Notes under the pieces: generated by a model
What the model saw: only the letters and a program-made list of their open reading frames with translations
The model's database searches: none
What the model was told of the DNA's origin: nothing
Virus record (IMG/VR): IMGVR_UViG_3300045988_168478
Span: 1-37,829 of that record
Length of the DNA: 37,829 nucleotides
Source: a virus
Direction: 5' to 3' (one strand)
In this document: piece by piece, positions 1-8,627 of the stretch
Layout: the number at the start of each line of letters is the position of its first letter
How positions within the stretch are numbered: the first letter of the stretch is position 1
Made by a program: the position numbers and the translations under genes

Positions 1-55
1 TCTCCGCTGCCAACTTCTCCGCTGCCAACTTCTCCGCTGCCAACTTCTCCGCTGC
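1..55. repeat. 15-bp tandem repeat (caacttctccgctgc), 3.7 copies; in frame on the minus strand it encodes (AAEKL)n inside the methyltransferase CDS; the same repeat is at the right window end
   Basis: Direct reading of the sequence; perfect copies at 11-25, 26-40 and 41-55 plus a partial copy at 1-10. Confidence 0.9.
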
Positions 56-715
56 GAGTTTACGTTCTGTTGCCTTGTCGGACAGGAGGATGGAATTTCC
101 GAACTCTCTGAATTGACACGCTTTAGACACCACACACCCCTCGTCCTTGCCTATGCGGAAATCAACGCCTGCCTTGGACATAGTGTTAAGAGAGAACGTT
201 CTTAGCACATTGTCAGGAAATGAAAGTTTGCGTAAATTTTTAAGTGGCCGCATTTGTTTTTCTGCAGTGTCCAAAGCCCGGTACAATTCAGGAGCCGAGC
301 AGCACAAACAATCGCCGAGCATATTGGTGACAAATGAAGTGTTGACCAACGCACCGTTTTCGTAAGTAACGGAAACCCCACAGGCGACAAGGGTACAACC
401 CGCCCGCATAGATGTAAAACCAGGAGCAAATAAAAGATAATTGATACCGTGTTTATTATAGAAATCCACAATTTTCGCAAAAATGGAGAACGGTGGGTTG
501 TCAATCACTATGCAGCCTGTAGGGTAATCATAATGCTCGTAATCCCCTCCCGGATAGAAAGGGCGCACGACAGGACGTCCTGCTATATCAAGATGACGCC
601 GTGCCCAATCGAGAACTGCGTCATAGACAACGGGGGGGGTATAACAATCGTCAGTGGTTTTCTTCGGTTTGAATTTATCCACAAAATCTTCATAATCGAT
701 GCTTTTCTTTGCCAT
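1..715 (-). CDS. Phage Dam-like N6-adenine DNA methyltransferase, N-terminal 238 codons; the ORF runs off the left edge of the window and presumably continues at the right edge
   Basis: Hand translation from the ATG at 715: MAKKSIDYEDFVDKFKPKKTTDDCYTPPVVYDAVLDWARRH...GCIVIDNPPFS. The D-x-Y-TP and NPPF motifs are typical of T1-type phage Dam methyltransferases. There is no stop codon down to position 1. The 3' end encodes LAAEKLAAEKL from the tandem repeat. A -7 promoter element lies at 741-749. Confidence 0.6.
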   Translation of the reverse strand, partial: MAKKSIDYEDFVDKFKPKKTTDDCYTPPVVYDAVLDWARRHLDIAGRPVVRPFYPGGDYEHYDYPTGCIVIDNPPFSIFAKIVDFYNKHGINYLLFAPGFTSMRAGCTLVACGVSVTYENGALVNTSFVTNMLGDCLCCSAPELYRALDTAEKQMRPLKNLRKLSFPDNVLRTFSLNTMSKAGVDFRIGKDEGCVVSKACQFREFGNSILLSDKATERKLAAEKLAAEKLAAEKLAAE

Positions 716-740
716 AACTATCTTCCATTAAAATTACGCA

Positions 741-749
741 GCAAAGATA
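741..749 (-). promoter_or_regulatory. Bacteroidetes -7 promoter element (TAtcTTTGc on the minus strand) for the methyltransferase gene
   Basis: Plus-strand gcaaagata is TATCTTTGC on the minus strand, about 26 nt upstream of the ATG at 715. Confidence 0.45.
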
Positions 750-773
750 GCGCAATGGAAAAGAAAATAATAA

Positions 774-811
774 GACAAGAAAAGCCACCTACACGTCTAG
801 TGCAAGTGGCC
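774..811 (-). terminator. Rho-independent terminator (hairpin gccacctacacgtctagtgcaagtggc followed by a T-run on the minus strand) downstream of terL
   Basis: 6-bp GC-rich stem with an inner cacg/cgtg stem, followed by TTTTCTT on the minus strand. A near-identical element is present at 4556-4591. Confidence 0.6.
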
Positions 812-995
812 TTGAAATAGTTCTCATTATATTTATATTCATGTACACCATGAAAACAAATCAACTCAATGTGGCGTGACGGTGCAAAGATAATAAAAAA
901 TTAGCATCAAGCATTTTCGGCCAACCTTTTTCCCATATTTCTCCTCGCCATTTTGTCATTAAAATAAGTTAACGGCCCTGTGTCTTCGGGCTTTT

Positions 996-1026
996 CAGGA
1001 GAAAAAATCCTTTTTTTTTGCTCCTG
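996..1026. other. A/T-rich hairpin closed by a GC clamp (caggagaaaaaatcctttttttttgctcctg) in the intergenic region downstream of terL
   Basis: Inverted repeat caggag/ctcctg with A6 and T9 tracts between the arms. Confidence 0.35.
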
Positions 1027-1230
1027 GGCAGCGTCGAACCCCGCCGCGCCCTACGCTGTTAATCGCCGGAACAGTCGCTTTCAAGAGGAAATATGACGGG
1101 GAGGGGAGTTCGTGACCACTTAAAGCAACATAAAAAAGCCGCTGGCGACTGTTGCAAGGCGAATCGTATGAAGCGGAACCACAGGCAGACAGTCGCCATC
1201 GGCGACAGAAAAGGCGACAAGGCGACGGAA

Positions 1231-2964
1231 TCAGACGCGCCCGTCGACAAACGAGGTGGAGAGCACCTTCAGACGGGTGTAGTACTTAGTCCAGATGCGC
1301 TTGTCGACGCAGTCGCCGAAGTGGGTCGCTTCTTCGGGCAGGACGGACTGGCGGCGCTCCGAGCTCTTGTCTTTGGCAAACCTGCCGTGGGAGTCTTCGA
1401 TGACTCTCGTGTTCTGCATGGAGATGAGCGTGTGGCGACAGCGGGTGGCGTTGACCCTCACCTTGGGGAAGCGTGGGTCGGTCTCGGCAAGGATGTAGGT
1501 CCAGAGCAGGAACTTCTCGTGCTGTGGCGGTTCGATGCCCGGATGCACAAGCTGCGTCACCTCCCAGCCAAACTTCTGCAGACGCTCGACAAACAATTCA
1601 TTGTACGTCTTCTTGGAGTTGGCTCGTCTGGCATCGCCGTAGCGGTCGCGGTAGAGGGTGAGACGCTTGCAGGCATGGTGGGAATAGTAGGCTATGAACT
1701 TGTCGGCAAGCACGTTCACCTCGGTGTCGCTCTCGTCGTCGCGGCGCACGAAAAACTCATTGATGACATTGTCTACAGGAACATCCGTAGGCTGTTTCAC
1801 TACAAAATCATAACAGCGCTCCTGACCCACAGAGAGAAAAGAGGCTGCACTACCCCAGTCCACAGATATCTCCAGGGGCTGGGTAGGGTCGCAGTCGAGG
1901 TCTATGCGCGAATCATGCACCGAGCGCAGCGACTCCCAGTCGTAGTCCGCATTCTCGGCGAAGTCGCGCACGTAGGAGTCGTTGTAGGCATTGTAATAGA
2001 GGTGGCGGTCTTCGAGCTTGTAGTAGCAATGGTCTACCTTGTCGAGAACGTAATTGAGGATTTCCACCATGAACGACAGCTTGTCCATCACCTTATACTG
2101 GTTGACGATGTACGACATGCCGAGGTTCTCGATATTGTCGAACACGGAGCCGAGGATGAAGAGCGTGGAATCCCTGGACACGAAGGGCGTGAGCTCGCGG
2201 CGCATTCTCGAAGCCTCGTTCCAGAGGTCGCGGAAGAGGGCCTTGTCCTTATTGATATACGCGTCGATGAGTTGCATCTGTACCGACACCATGCGGTTCC
2301 ACCGCTGGAACAGGGGGATGCCGCGCTCACGCTCGTAATACTCCGCCGGCTCCAGGAGCCACTTCTGCTGTGCCGTGTAGGGCATGGAGGAGAGGAAGGC
2401 GTTGCCATGATGCTTCACTATGGGATGGGCGGAGCGACGGCCGAAGATGGTCTCGTTGCCTCGGTTGGTAGGTGCCACCTCCTGGTCAAACTTCTCCTTG
2501 TTGATGGTCAGCGCCTCGTCGGTGATGTTGAAGTCGGCGTTGGGTCCGCGGCTGTTGCCCTCCTGGGTGAGGATATACAGGATGTGGCCGTTGGAGAAAG
2601 AGATGACGTGGTCAAACTGCATGATATGCTCATAGGGGCGGTACCATCCGTCGGGCGGACGGCGGCACACCACGTAGTCGCCCGTATGCGTCTGGTAGTC
2701 GTAGGGCTTGTAGCCGAGCATATCGAGCATCTTGAACGTGGAGGGCAGCGTCTTGGTGAGTGCCTGACCGATGGTAGCCTGCGCTATGGTGGTGACGCCG
2801 CGCGGCATGATGCGCACGTTCTCGTCCACTTCGGCACCTACGATGAACGACTTTCCCGTGCCTCGCGAGAACACGGCATACTTGTTTTTCGCCGGAAGCA
2901 GCATGTAGGCATACTGCGCCCGGTTCACTCTGATGTTTTCCTGCCAATAGTCCTTTTCCATCAT
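1231..2964 (-). CDS. terL: Terminase large subunit
   Basis: 577-aa ORF with a Walker A-like motif AVFSRGTGKSF near the N-terminus. Its size and position are typical, and the upstream gene's stop overlaps its start (ATGA). The 637-aa plus-strand ORF at 1093..3006 is its antisense partner and is rejected. Confidence 0.8.
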   Translation of the reverse strand: MMEKDYWQENIRVNRAQYAYMLLPAKNKYAVFSRGTGKSFIVGAEVDENVRIMPRGVTTIAQATIGQALTKTLPSTFKMLDMLGYKPYDYQTHTGDYVVCRRPPDGWYRPYEHIMQFDHVISFSNGHILYILTQEGNSRGPNADFNITDEALTINKEKFDQEVAPTNRGNETIFGRRSAHPIVKHHGNAFLSSMPYTAQQKWLLEPAEYYERERGIPLFQRWNRMVSVQMQLIDAYINKDKALFRDLWNEASRMRRELTPFVSRDSTLFILGSVFDNIENLGMSYIVNQYKVMDKLSFMVEILNYVLDKVDHCYYKLEDRHLYYNAYNDSYVRDFAENADYDWESLRSVHDSRIDLDCDPTQPLEISVDWGSAASFLSVGQERCYDFVVKQPTDVPVDNVINEFFVRRDDESDTEVNVLADKFIAYYSHHACKRLTLYRDRYGDARRANSKKTYNELFVERLQKFGWEVTQLVHPGIEPPQHEKFLLWTYILAETDPRFPKVRVNATRCRHTLISMQNTRVIEDSHGRFAKDKSSERRQSVLPEEATHFGDCVDKRIWTKYYTRLKVLSTSFVDGRV

Positions 2965-3542
2965 GTGTCCATTATCTCCTCTGCTTCTGCCTCGCCGATG
3001 GGCTGATAGAGGCTGTCGATTATTTCCTTCTTGTCGCGGTCTGAATAGTTGCGCGCGTCGCCGAGCGATACGTTCTGCGACTGGCCGTTCTGGTTTATCT
3101 GGATGAAGAACTGGTTTGCCTGCATGCGCTGAGGGTCTTCAACGCCGGCAGGACGGTCGCCGATGATGTCGCGCAGCACCTTCTTCGCCCTGTTCCACTC
3201 CTGCAGGTCGCCGCTCAGCCTGCACTCGCGGATGAGTTCCAGCTGGTCTTTTATCATCCAAGCCTGCCAGAAGTCCCAGTCGAAGGTATGGCGCGACTTG
3301 TAGAGCTGGCGTGCGAGGGCTATGTCGCGGCGCACGGTGGAGGAAGAGACGTCGAACTTGGCCTGCATCATCCGGATGACATGCGTATCATCGGGATAGT
3401 CATCGAGCAGGCGTGCCGCCGAGAGCACGCGTTTGAACTGTGTGCGGCAGCGCTCCGGCAACGGATATTTGTCGGGATCCAGGATGTGCGCCTCGATCTC
3501 GTCGTGGGAGAGTTTTTCGATAGACTTGTAGTTTCTTGCCAT
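2961..3542 (-). CDS. Putative terminase small subunit or DNA-binding protein (193 aa; start taken at MARNYKS)
   Basis: Lies immediately upstream of terL with a 4-nt overlap. A helix-turn-helix-like segment (SSSTVRRDIALARQLYK) is present. The longer 234-aa version begins with an implausible hydrophobic N-terminus that overlaps the upstream gene. Confidence 0.4.
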   Translation of the reverse strand: MARNYKSIEKLSHDEIEAHILDPDKYPLPERCRTQFKRVLSAARLLDDYPDDTHVIRMMQAKFDVSSSTVRRDIALARQLYKSRHTFDWDFWQAWMIKDQLELIRECRLSGDLQEWNRAKKVLRDIIGDRPAGVEDPQRMQANQFFIQINQNGQSQNVSLGDARNYSDRDKKEIIDSLYQPIGEAEAEEIMDT

Positions 3543-3575
3543 ATTCAATTTTTTCAAGGCCATAAAAAGTAAAAG

Positions 3576-3608
3576 GAGCGGCGGCCCACATCTTTCGGAC
3601 CACCGCTC
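3576..3608 (-). terminator. Hairpin (gagcggcgg...ccaccgctc) followed by a T-rich run on the minus strand, between the gene at 3637..4494 and the terS-like gene
   Basis: 9-bp stem with one mismatch and a 15-nt loop, then cttttacttttta on the minus strand. Confidence 0.3.
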
Positions 3609-3636
3609 ACATGGGCAAATTATTATGAAAAGTACA

Positions 3637-4494
3637 TCAACTTCTTTCCGCAAGTTCATATTCAACCTTTGACTTCTCCGCCTTCAGGTTCTCAATCTGC
3701 TTCTCCAGCTTTACCCTTTTGGGACTGTCCGGCAAAGGATTCTCCTCCTCTTGCTTGGATTCCGACTGATAGAGCAGCATGTTCTCCTTACGGGTAATCT
3801 GGTTCGTCAGCGACTTCCGCCGCGTCTTCAGCTTGTCGGTAGACATCGACTTGTAGTCCACCGACTCTTCCGGCTTCCCATCTTCCTCTTTCACTTCAGC
3901 TGCAGAAGGTGCGTTGTTCAGCGTGTCCATATCCGGCAAGACTCCGTCCTTCTCGTATTTTTCACGCATGGCAATTAGGATATCCATATAATTGGTAAGC
4001 CTGTCGATGGACTCGCCGAGAGTCTTGCGCTTTTCAACAGACTGTTCGTCGTTGGACTCGCCAAGTTCATAACGCTGGCGCGCAAGCCTTGCCCTCTGTT
4101 TATAGGCATCAGAATAGTTCCTGATAAGAGTCTGCATCACTTCGGGCATATTCTGGAAATCTGCGGATCCGGAAAGTCTGGCAATGCCATCCTGCTCATC
4201 AACGGTAGGCTTCTCTCCCGTCTTGTCGTTCAAGATGTCGGCATCCGGCACATCATCAAAGCGGGGGTCATCAGGATTGTAGTACACCTGCACCACATCA
4301 CGAAGACATGACGTGAGCTTCTCCATGGTCCAGGGCAGCTCGCCCTTCCTCACCAGCAATTTCTGCACGTTGGGCTTGTAGCCACTCTTGACGAGAATTT
4401 TCAAGCCGGCTGCGAAATTCCGTTTATCCTGCTTCAGTCCGAGCCATTTCATAGCCTCCGACCGCGCTTCAAAATATTCTTCCGTAAGTATCAT
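3637..4494 (-). CDS. Hypothetical protein, 285 aa, with an acidic coiled-coil C-terminal half
   Basis: Complete ORF with a -7 promoter element at 4516-4523 and a terminator upstream. Confidence 0.55.
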   Translation of the reverse strand: MILTEEYFEARSEAMKWLGLKQDKRNFAAGLKILVKSGYKPNVQKLLVRKGELPWTMEKLTSCLRDVVQVYYNPDDPRFDDVPDADILNDKTGEKPTVDEQDGIARLSGSADFQNMPEVMQTLIRNYSDAYKQRARLARQRYELGESNDEQSVEKRKTLGESIDRLTNYMDILIAMREKYEKDGVLPDMDTLNNAPSAAEVKEEDGKPEESVDYKSMSTDKLKTRRKSLTNQITRKENMLLYQSESKQEEENPLPDSPKRVKLEKQIENLKAEKSKVEYELAERS

Positions 4495-4515
4495 AACAAT
4501 ATAAATTTAACAAGG

Positions 4516-4523
4516 CAAAGATA
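4516..4523 (-). promoter_or_regulatory. -7 promoter element (TAtcTTTG) for the transcription unit that starts at 4494
   Basis: Plus-strand caaagata is 22 nt upstream of the ATG. Confidence 0.45.
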
Positions 4524-4555
4524 CATACAAAAAGATACGGGGGATGGGACAATGC

Positions 4556-4591
4556 CGAAAAAGCCACCTACACGTCTCGTGCAAGTGGCTC
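4556..4591 (-). terminator. Rho-independent terminator at the end of the capsid module; second copy of the 774-811 element
   Basis: Hairpin agccacctacacgtctcgtgcaagtggct followed by TTTTT on the minus strand. About 60 bp are shared with the region 781-840. Confidence 0.6.
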
Positions 4592-4720
4592 GGATAGTTC
4601 TTTTAATTTATATTTTCAAAGATGAAAACATCATATAATAAAAAAGCATCACGCTTCGCAGCGCAATGCCTCTTATTCTAAAACTATAATAAAATGAAAA
4701 CCAACTTTTCGTTTCAGCTG

Positions 4721-5314
4721 TCAGACTTTTCCTCCGGCAGCTGCAGTAAGTATGTTCTCCGTGTCGCCCTCGTAGACAAGAGCACGCGTACAGTTGTACT
4801 GGAACTTCAGTGTTGTCTGGCTACGCTCCGTATAGGCCGTGCCTGTGGTGGCGCCATCGCTGTCGGCAGCAAGCATCGCACCGTGGCCCTTGTCGCCCAT
4901 GAGGTAGTTCAAGCCGTTGTTGTCTTCTACGATGATAAACAGCTTTCTTCCCTTCGTGGCGTTCATGAAGCCAAGAATCTTCTTGCGCACCTTTGCCGAA
5001 ATGATGGTCAGTTCATACTGGAACGACTCGCCGCCCGTCTCACCCTGGGGCTTGATGGTGAACACGCCTGTATTGTCGGTAAACGAGAGCGAGTATGCCT
5101 TACAGCCATTGCTCATCACAAGGTCGCCCACGAGAGCCCCCGCAGCATCAAGCTGCAAGGCCCCACTGCCCGAAGTCGGTCTGTCCGGCCATGTCGCAAC
5201 TTCCTCGCTGTAACCGAAGATAATTCTCGGAACTATACCGCCCATATTGTCCTGCGCATCACATTCGAGAGCAGGATCAATATCGGCAAGTTCATAACAT
5301 TTGTTCTTTTCCAT
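4721..5314 (-). CDS. Hypothetical head-associated structural protein (197 aa; possible decoration protein)
   Basis: Sits immediately downstream of the putative major capsid gene. Gly/Thr-rich composition typical of beta-rich structural proteins. Confidence 0.5.
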   Translation of the reverse strand: MEKNKCYELADIDPALECDAQDNMGGIVPRIIFGYSEEVATWPDRPTSGSGALQLDAAGALVGDLVMSNGCKAYSLSFTDNTGVFTIKPQGETGGESFQYELTIISAKVRKKILGFMNATKGRKLFIIVEDNNGLNYLMGDKGHGAMLAADSDGATTGTAYTERSQTTLKFQYNCTRALVYEGDTENILTAAAGGKV

Positions 5315-5334
5315 AACCTAATTGTTTTAATGGG

Positions 5335-6360
5335 TTAGACATCCAGAGGGTTCACGTTCTGGTCGTTGGTGCAGAAGAGCTCAGAGCGCAATGTCGCGAT
5401 CTGGGTTCCGAACACATACTTTCCGAGAGCCTTGAACTTGTAGTCGGCAGGAACCGCCTTGAGGGTACGCATATCGCTCGGTTTGTCCATGCCGTAAGCC
5501 ACGTTCTGCTGCAGGGTAAGCATTGCAAAGCTTGAGTCTTCAGGCATTCCGGAGCAACGTACAAGTTCCACCTTGCCGTTGGTGCCGTAGAGGTACTGCT
5601 GTCCTGTCTCATCCGGCGACTGCTTAGGCGAGTGTACATTCGGATGCTCGTCGGCAAACCAGTCGTCATAGAGGTCGCCCATGGCGAACGGTATGTACAT
5701 CTTCGACTTCATCATACGGAAGCGTTCCGGCATGTGGCGCCACATGCTGAGCAGCTGTGTACCGATGTCGGCACGGGTAAACTTGCCGGTAGACACTACG
5801 TTACCCTTGCCTTCAGCTATTTCGCCGTCAGTCTTGGCTGTCTTGATGATGGTGCCGAGACCGTCGAAAGAGTCAGCAAGAGCTGTCTTCTCGTCTGAAG
5901 CATCATACTTAGCATTCCAGATAGCCGGCAGAAGGTCTTCGGAAGCCTGCTGCAGGATATGGTTCACGAGCCACACCTCAAACGGATGCTTGGCAATCTC
6001 CATTGCACCGCGAACCTCTGTAATGTAGGTGCGGCGGTAACGCTCCGGCTCATCGAGCACCTCGATGACACACGGATGAACGGTAAGCGTGCGCTTGCCG
6101 AAGGAACCGATGTTGCCCTGCTTCTTGAATTCGCCGGTATACTTGGATGATACCGACTTGAAGTAAGCCTCCGTGAAGGTGTACGAGTCGGTAATGCCTG
6201 TAAGAGGAGTCATGTGGCGCAGCATAGCGTCAGCTCCCTGATGTTCCACAGAAATAATGTCCTTGCTGTGGGCTTTCACCGCGGTATTGACGGCGGTGAT
6301 GTCAATAGGATCATTCAGATTCATATATATATCAAGATTAAAATGAAAAAACTTATTCAT
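5335..6360 (-). CDS. Putative major capsid protein (341 aa)
   Basis: Follows the protease-scaffold gene. Its size fits HK97-like capsid proteins. The ATG at 6360 is preferred over the TTG at 6363. Confidence 0.5.
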   Translation of the reverse strand: MNKFFHFNLDIYMNLNDPIDITAVNTAVKAHSKDIISVEHQGADAMLRHMTPLTGITDSYTFTEAYFKSVSSKYTGEFKKQGNIGSFGKRTLTVHPCVIEVLDEPERYRRTYITEVRGAMEIAKHPFEVWLVNHILQQASEDLLPAIWNAKYDASDEKTALADSFDGLGTIIKTAKTDGEIAEGKGNVVSTGKFTRADIGTQLLSMWRHMPERFRMMKSKMYIPFAMGDLYDDWFADEHPNVHSPKQSPDETGQQYLYGTNGKVELVRCSGMPEDSSFAMLTLQQNVAYGMDKPSDMRTLKAVPADYKFKALGKYVFGTQIATLRSELFCTNDQNVNPLDV

Positions 6361-7438
6361 CAAAATAATTGTTTACAGGGTCCTTGCGGCAGTCGCTGTA
6401 AGGATCTGCATCCTTTCCAGATGGATTCTGAGAAGAAACACCGGCAGGAATCTTGTCGAAGACTTCCTTTATCTTCTTTATCTTGTTGTCGATGCCCTCC
6501 TCCTTCTTTACGTCATCGGAGATGGCATCAAGAGCCTTGGAAGCTGCAGCCAGACTGTCCTCGGCTTTCTTCTTCGCATCCTTGACCGTGGACAGCTCCG
6601 ATTCCAGACTGCCATGATTCTCAATCTTGTTGTTCTTCTCCACAAGAGCGTCCTCGATAACCTGCATCTGCTCAGCAGTCAGAACCACCTTCCCGTCTTT
6701 CTCGGCAAAGCCCTCCACATTGACAAGGCTATTGACCGTTACAAATTTCTTGTTCATAAATTCTGTACTATTATTATTTATATTTGAGTTGGCCTTAAAC
6801 AGATCGGCAAGCTTCTGCAGCAGCGAACGATCATCCTGGAACACTACACCTTCCGGAAGAGGTATCGCACAGTTCTTGAACTCGGTCTGCATACTGTTGG
6901 AAGGTCTGGAAGGCATCTTCTCGGATATTATCTCATCGATGAAACCATACTCAAGACACTGTTCTGCAGTAAGCCACGGATGGCTCTTCATCAGGCTGAG
7001 CATATCGTCAACCGAATATTTCCCGTTGGAACGGTCGGCATATTTCCGCGCAATAATCCGGTCTACGGTTTCCAGCTGCTTGATGTCTTCTTCATGCTTC
7101 ACCCCCAAAGCCTTCAGCTCTTCGGCATTCATACTCTGCCAATAGTAATAATCCTTTGATGAGCAATGGATATAAAGCATGCAGTCTGAATACATTTTTA
7201 TATTCTTTGCCCCAAAGAGCCATGTTGCAGCAGACGCATTGTAAGAGTCATGAATGAGCGTTACGTTACCATGGTTCGCAAAAGCATGGGAAATCTTTAC
7301 GGCTGATGCAATATCGCCTCCAAAAGAAGATAAGGTCACGGTAACGGCCTTATCCTTGTTTTCCAGAAGAAACTGCCCCACACGCCATGCGGTATAAGAA
7401 GAAATTTCTCCGTCAATTCTTAAATTATTCTTTGCCAT
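6353..7438 (-). CDS. Prohead protease (ClpP/S49-like) fused to a C-terminal scaffolding coiled-coil domain
   Basis: SSFGGDIASAVK...YNASAATWLF...MLYIHCSS resembles the Ser/His catalytic motifs of ClpP-like phage proteases. The C-terminal 130 aa are a charged coiled coil, as expected for a scaffold. Confidence 0.55.
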   Translation of the reverse strand: MAKNNLRIDGEISSYTAWRVGQFLLENKDKAVTVTLSSFGGDIASAVKISHAFANHGNVTLIHDSYNASAATWLFGAKNIKMYSDCMLYIHCSSKDYYYWQSMNAEELKALGVKHEEDIKQLETVDRIIARKYADRSNGKYSVDDMLSLMKSHPWLTAEQCLEYGFIDEIISEKMPSRPSNSMQTEFKNCAIPLPEGVVFQDDRSLLQKLADLFKANSNINNNSTEFMNKKFVTVNSLVNVEGFAEKDGKVVLTAEQMQVIEDALVEKNNKIENHGSLESELSTVKDAKKKAEDSLAAASKALDAISDDVKKEEGIDNKIKKIKEVFDKIPAGVSSQNPSGKDADPYSDCRKDPVNNYFDE

Positions 7439-7455
7439 AGGAAAAAAGTTTTAGG

Positions 7456-7463
7456 CAAAGATA
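7456..7463 (-). promoter_or_regulatory. -7 promoter element (TAtcTTTG) for the capsid-module operon
   Basis: Plus-strand caaagata, 18 nt upstream of the ATG at 7438. Confidence 0.4.
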
Positions 7464-7526
7464 ATGCAAAACAAAGCCCTGTACCTCAGACGAAGAACAG
7501 GGCAAATCAGACTGTACAGGCGATTC

Positions 7527-8015
7527 TTATATATTATCCAATGAATCAAGATCCAGGATTACCGATGGCGATGGCTGTTTGGCCGTGAACGAGAATTCAA
7601 TGCCATTGAGTGACGCATAGGCATCACCTGACGTCTTGCTGCCGGAGAAAACAAGGGGAACATCAACAGAACCGGAGAGGAATACTGTCCCGTTGTTGTC
7701 CTTGAACACGACAAGCCATTCCCCCCTATCAAGATCTTCTATCAGTTTCTGATTCTTGCCATTTACGGAAGGTATAACACCCTCTATGCTTACATCCCAA
7801 TAGTCACCACCATCAGCCTGGCCTTTCTCTTCAGAGAAGACAAAAGACCTGTCGCCGAAGACGGGAATGACAATTATGTTATCCCGCGTTCTCAGCTCCA
7901 CATTATAAGTATCCCCCACGTAATCATGGCGCAGACGTAACAAATCAGCCGGAGGAATGGCATATATCTCTGCCAGTCCTCCGACGTTCTCAAAGTTAAA
8001 TTCAATCTTTTTCAT
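7527..8015 (-). CDS. Hypothetical protein (163 aa; start taken at MKKIEFNF)
   Basis: ORF from the six-frame track, trimmed to the ATG at 8015 to limit overlap with the upstream gene. Confidence 0.45.
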   Translation of the reverse strand: MKKIEFNFENVGGLAEIYAIPPADLLRLRHDYVGDTYNVELRTRDNIIVIPVFGDRSFVFSEEKGQADGGDYWDVSIEGVIPSVNGKNQKLIEDLDRGEWLVVFKDNNGTVFLSGSVDVPLVFSGSKTSGDAYASLNGIEFSFTAKQPSPSVILDLDSLDNI

Positions 8016-8592
8016 ATACTTCCAAACCCTGTTGTGTGATATGTCCGCTTTTGGACAATACCGCCCACACATTTTTCTCAATATTTTTTACCAACAGTTC
8101 AAAATCCTCTTCGCCCGAGATATTGGAATTGCGTTGAAGCTCCTTACGGATGGAGTCTGTATCCCAGTCAAATTCCGTGATGCCTGTCGCCTTGCGGAAT
8201 CTCTTGATGCGGTCGGCTATCGTCAACCCCGTTACGGAGAGCATGGCATTATATGTATGAAGCACGGTCTTCACCTCACGCTCAAGCAGGGCATTGAACG
8301 ATAGTGTCTCCGTGGGAGTAAGATCCCATCCGTAGCGATGGAACTCATCTTCCGTGACCTCTATGGCAACTCTGGCAGTGTATCTGCCTTTAGAGACAGA
8401 GTCGCGGCGCGTACTCTTACGGCTCAGATGAGAGAGGAATGCCTTGTGCAACACTTTGTTTGCCGACAAATTTATCAATTCCTGCCAATCCTCATCAGGA
8501 CTGTTGAAATTAACGGAAAGCCATTTCTTGACATATCCCTTGCACGATATCCATACTGCGAACCTCTCAGGCTTTTTATTTTTTTTGCTCAT
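8002..8592 (-). CDS. Hypothetical protein (196 aa); its 5' end contains an A8 homopolymer (MSKKNKK)
   Basis: Complete ORF. The homopolymer lies in codons 3-5, which are plus-strand positions 8579-8586 (T8). Confidence 0.5.
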   Translation of the reverse strand: MSKKNKKPERFAVWISCKGYVKKWLSVNFNSPDEDWQELINLSANKVLHKAFLSHLSRKSTRRDSVSKGRYTARVAIEVTEDEFHRYGWDLTPTETLSFNALLEREVKTVLHTYNAMLSVTGLTIADRIKRFRKATGITEFDWDTDSIRKELQRNSNISGEEDFELLVKNIEKNVWAVLSKSGHITQQGLEVYEKD

Positions 8593-8627
8593 ATCTAAAT
8601 TTTAATTTTGTTTTTCTATGTATGCCA

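Noticed and set aside
600-660. Apparent frameshift or truncation of the methyltransferase at the G8 tract. A first pass read 7 Cs and hit a stop.
   Set aside because: Careful recount shows 8 Gs (632-639), and the ORF is in frame from 715 to position 1. It is absent from the ORF track only because it runs off the window edge.
1020-1060. tRNA-like T-arm (ggggttcgacgc on the minus strand) as a possible tRNA gene or attP
   Set aside because: No complementary T-stem, acceptor stem or anticodon arm could be built, so it is only a chance GTTCGA match.
1093-3006. A 637-aa plus-strand ORF fully antisense to terL. Similar long antisense ORFs occur at 19664..20746, 4694..5338 and 9659..10261.
   Set aside because: The sense-strand ORFs carry recognisable motifs (Walker A in terminase, coiled coils in tape measure), whereas the antisense translations are low-complexity Arg/Gly/Val-rich. 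Long stop-free antisense frames are expected in these roughly 55% GC structural genes.
2961-3665. Full 234-aa version of the terS-like ORF, and the 153-aa and 183-aa versions of the ORFs at 13043 and 24756
   Set aside because: The N-terminal extensions are hydrophobic and low-complexity, overlap the upstream genes by 23-47 nt, and downstream in-frame ATGs give tidy 4-14-nt junctions, so the shorter starts were chosen.
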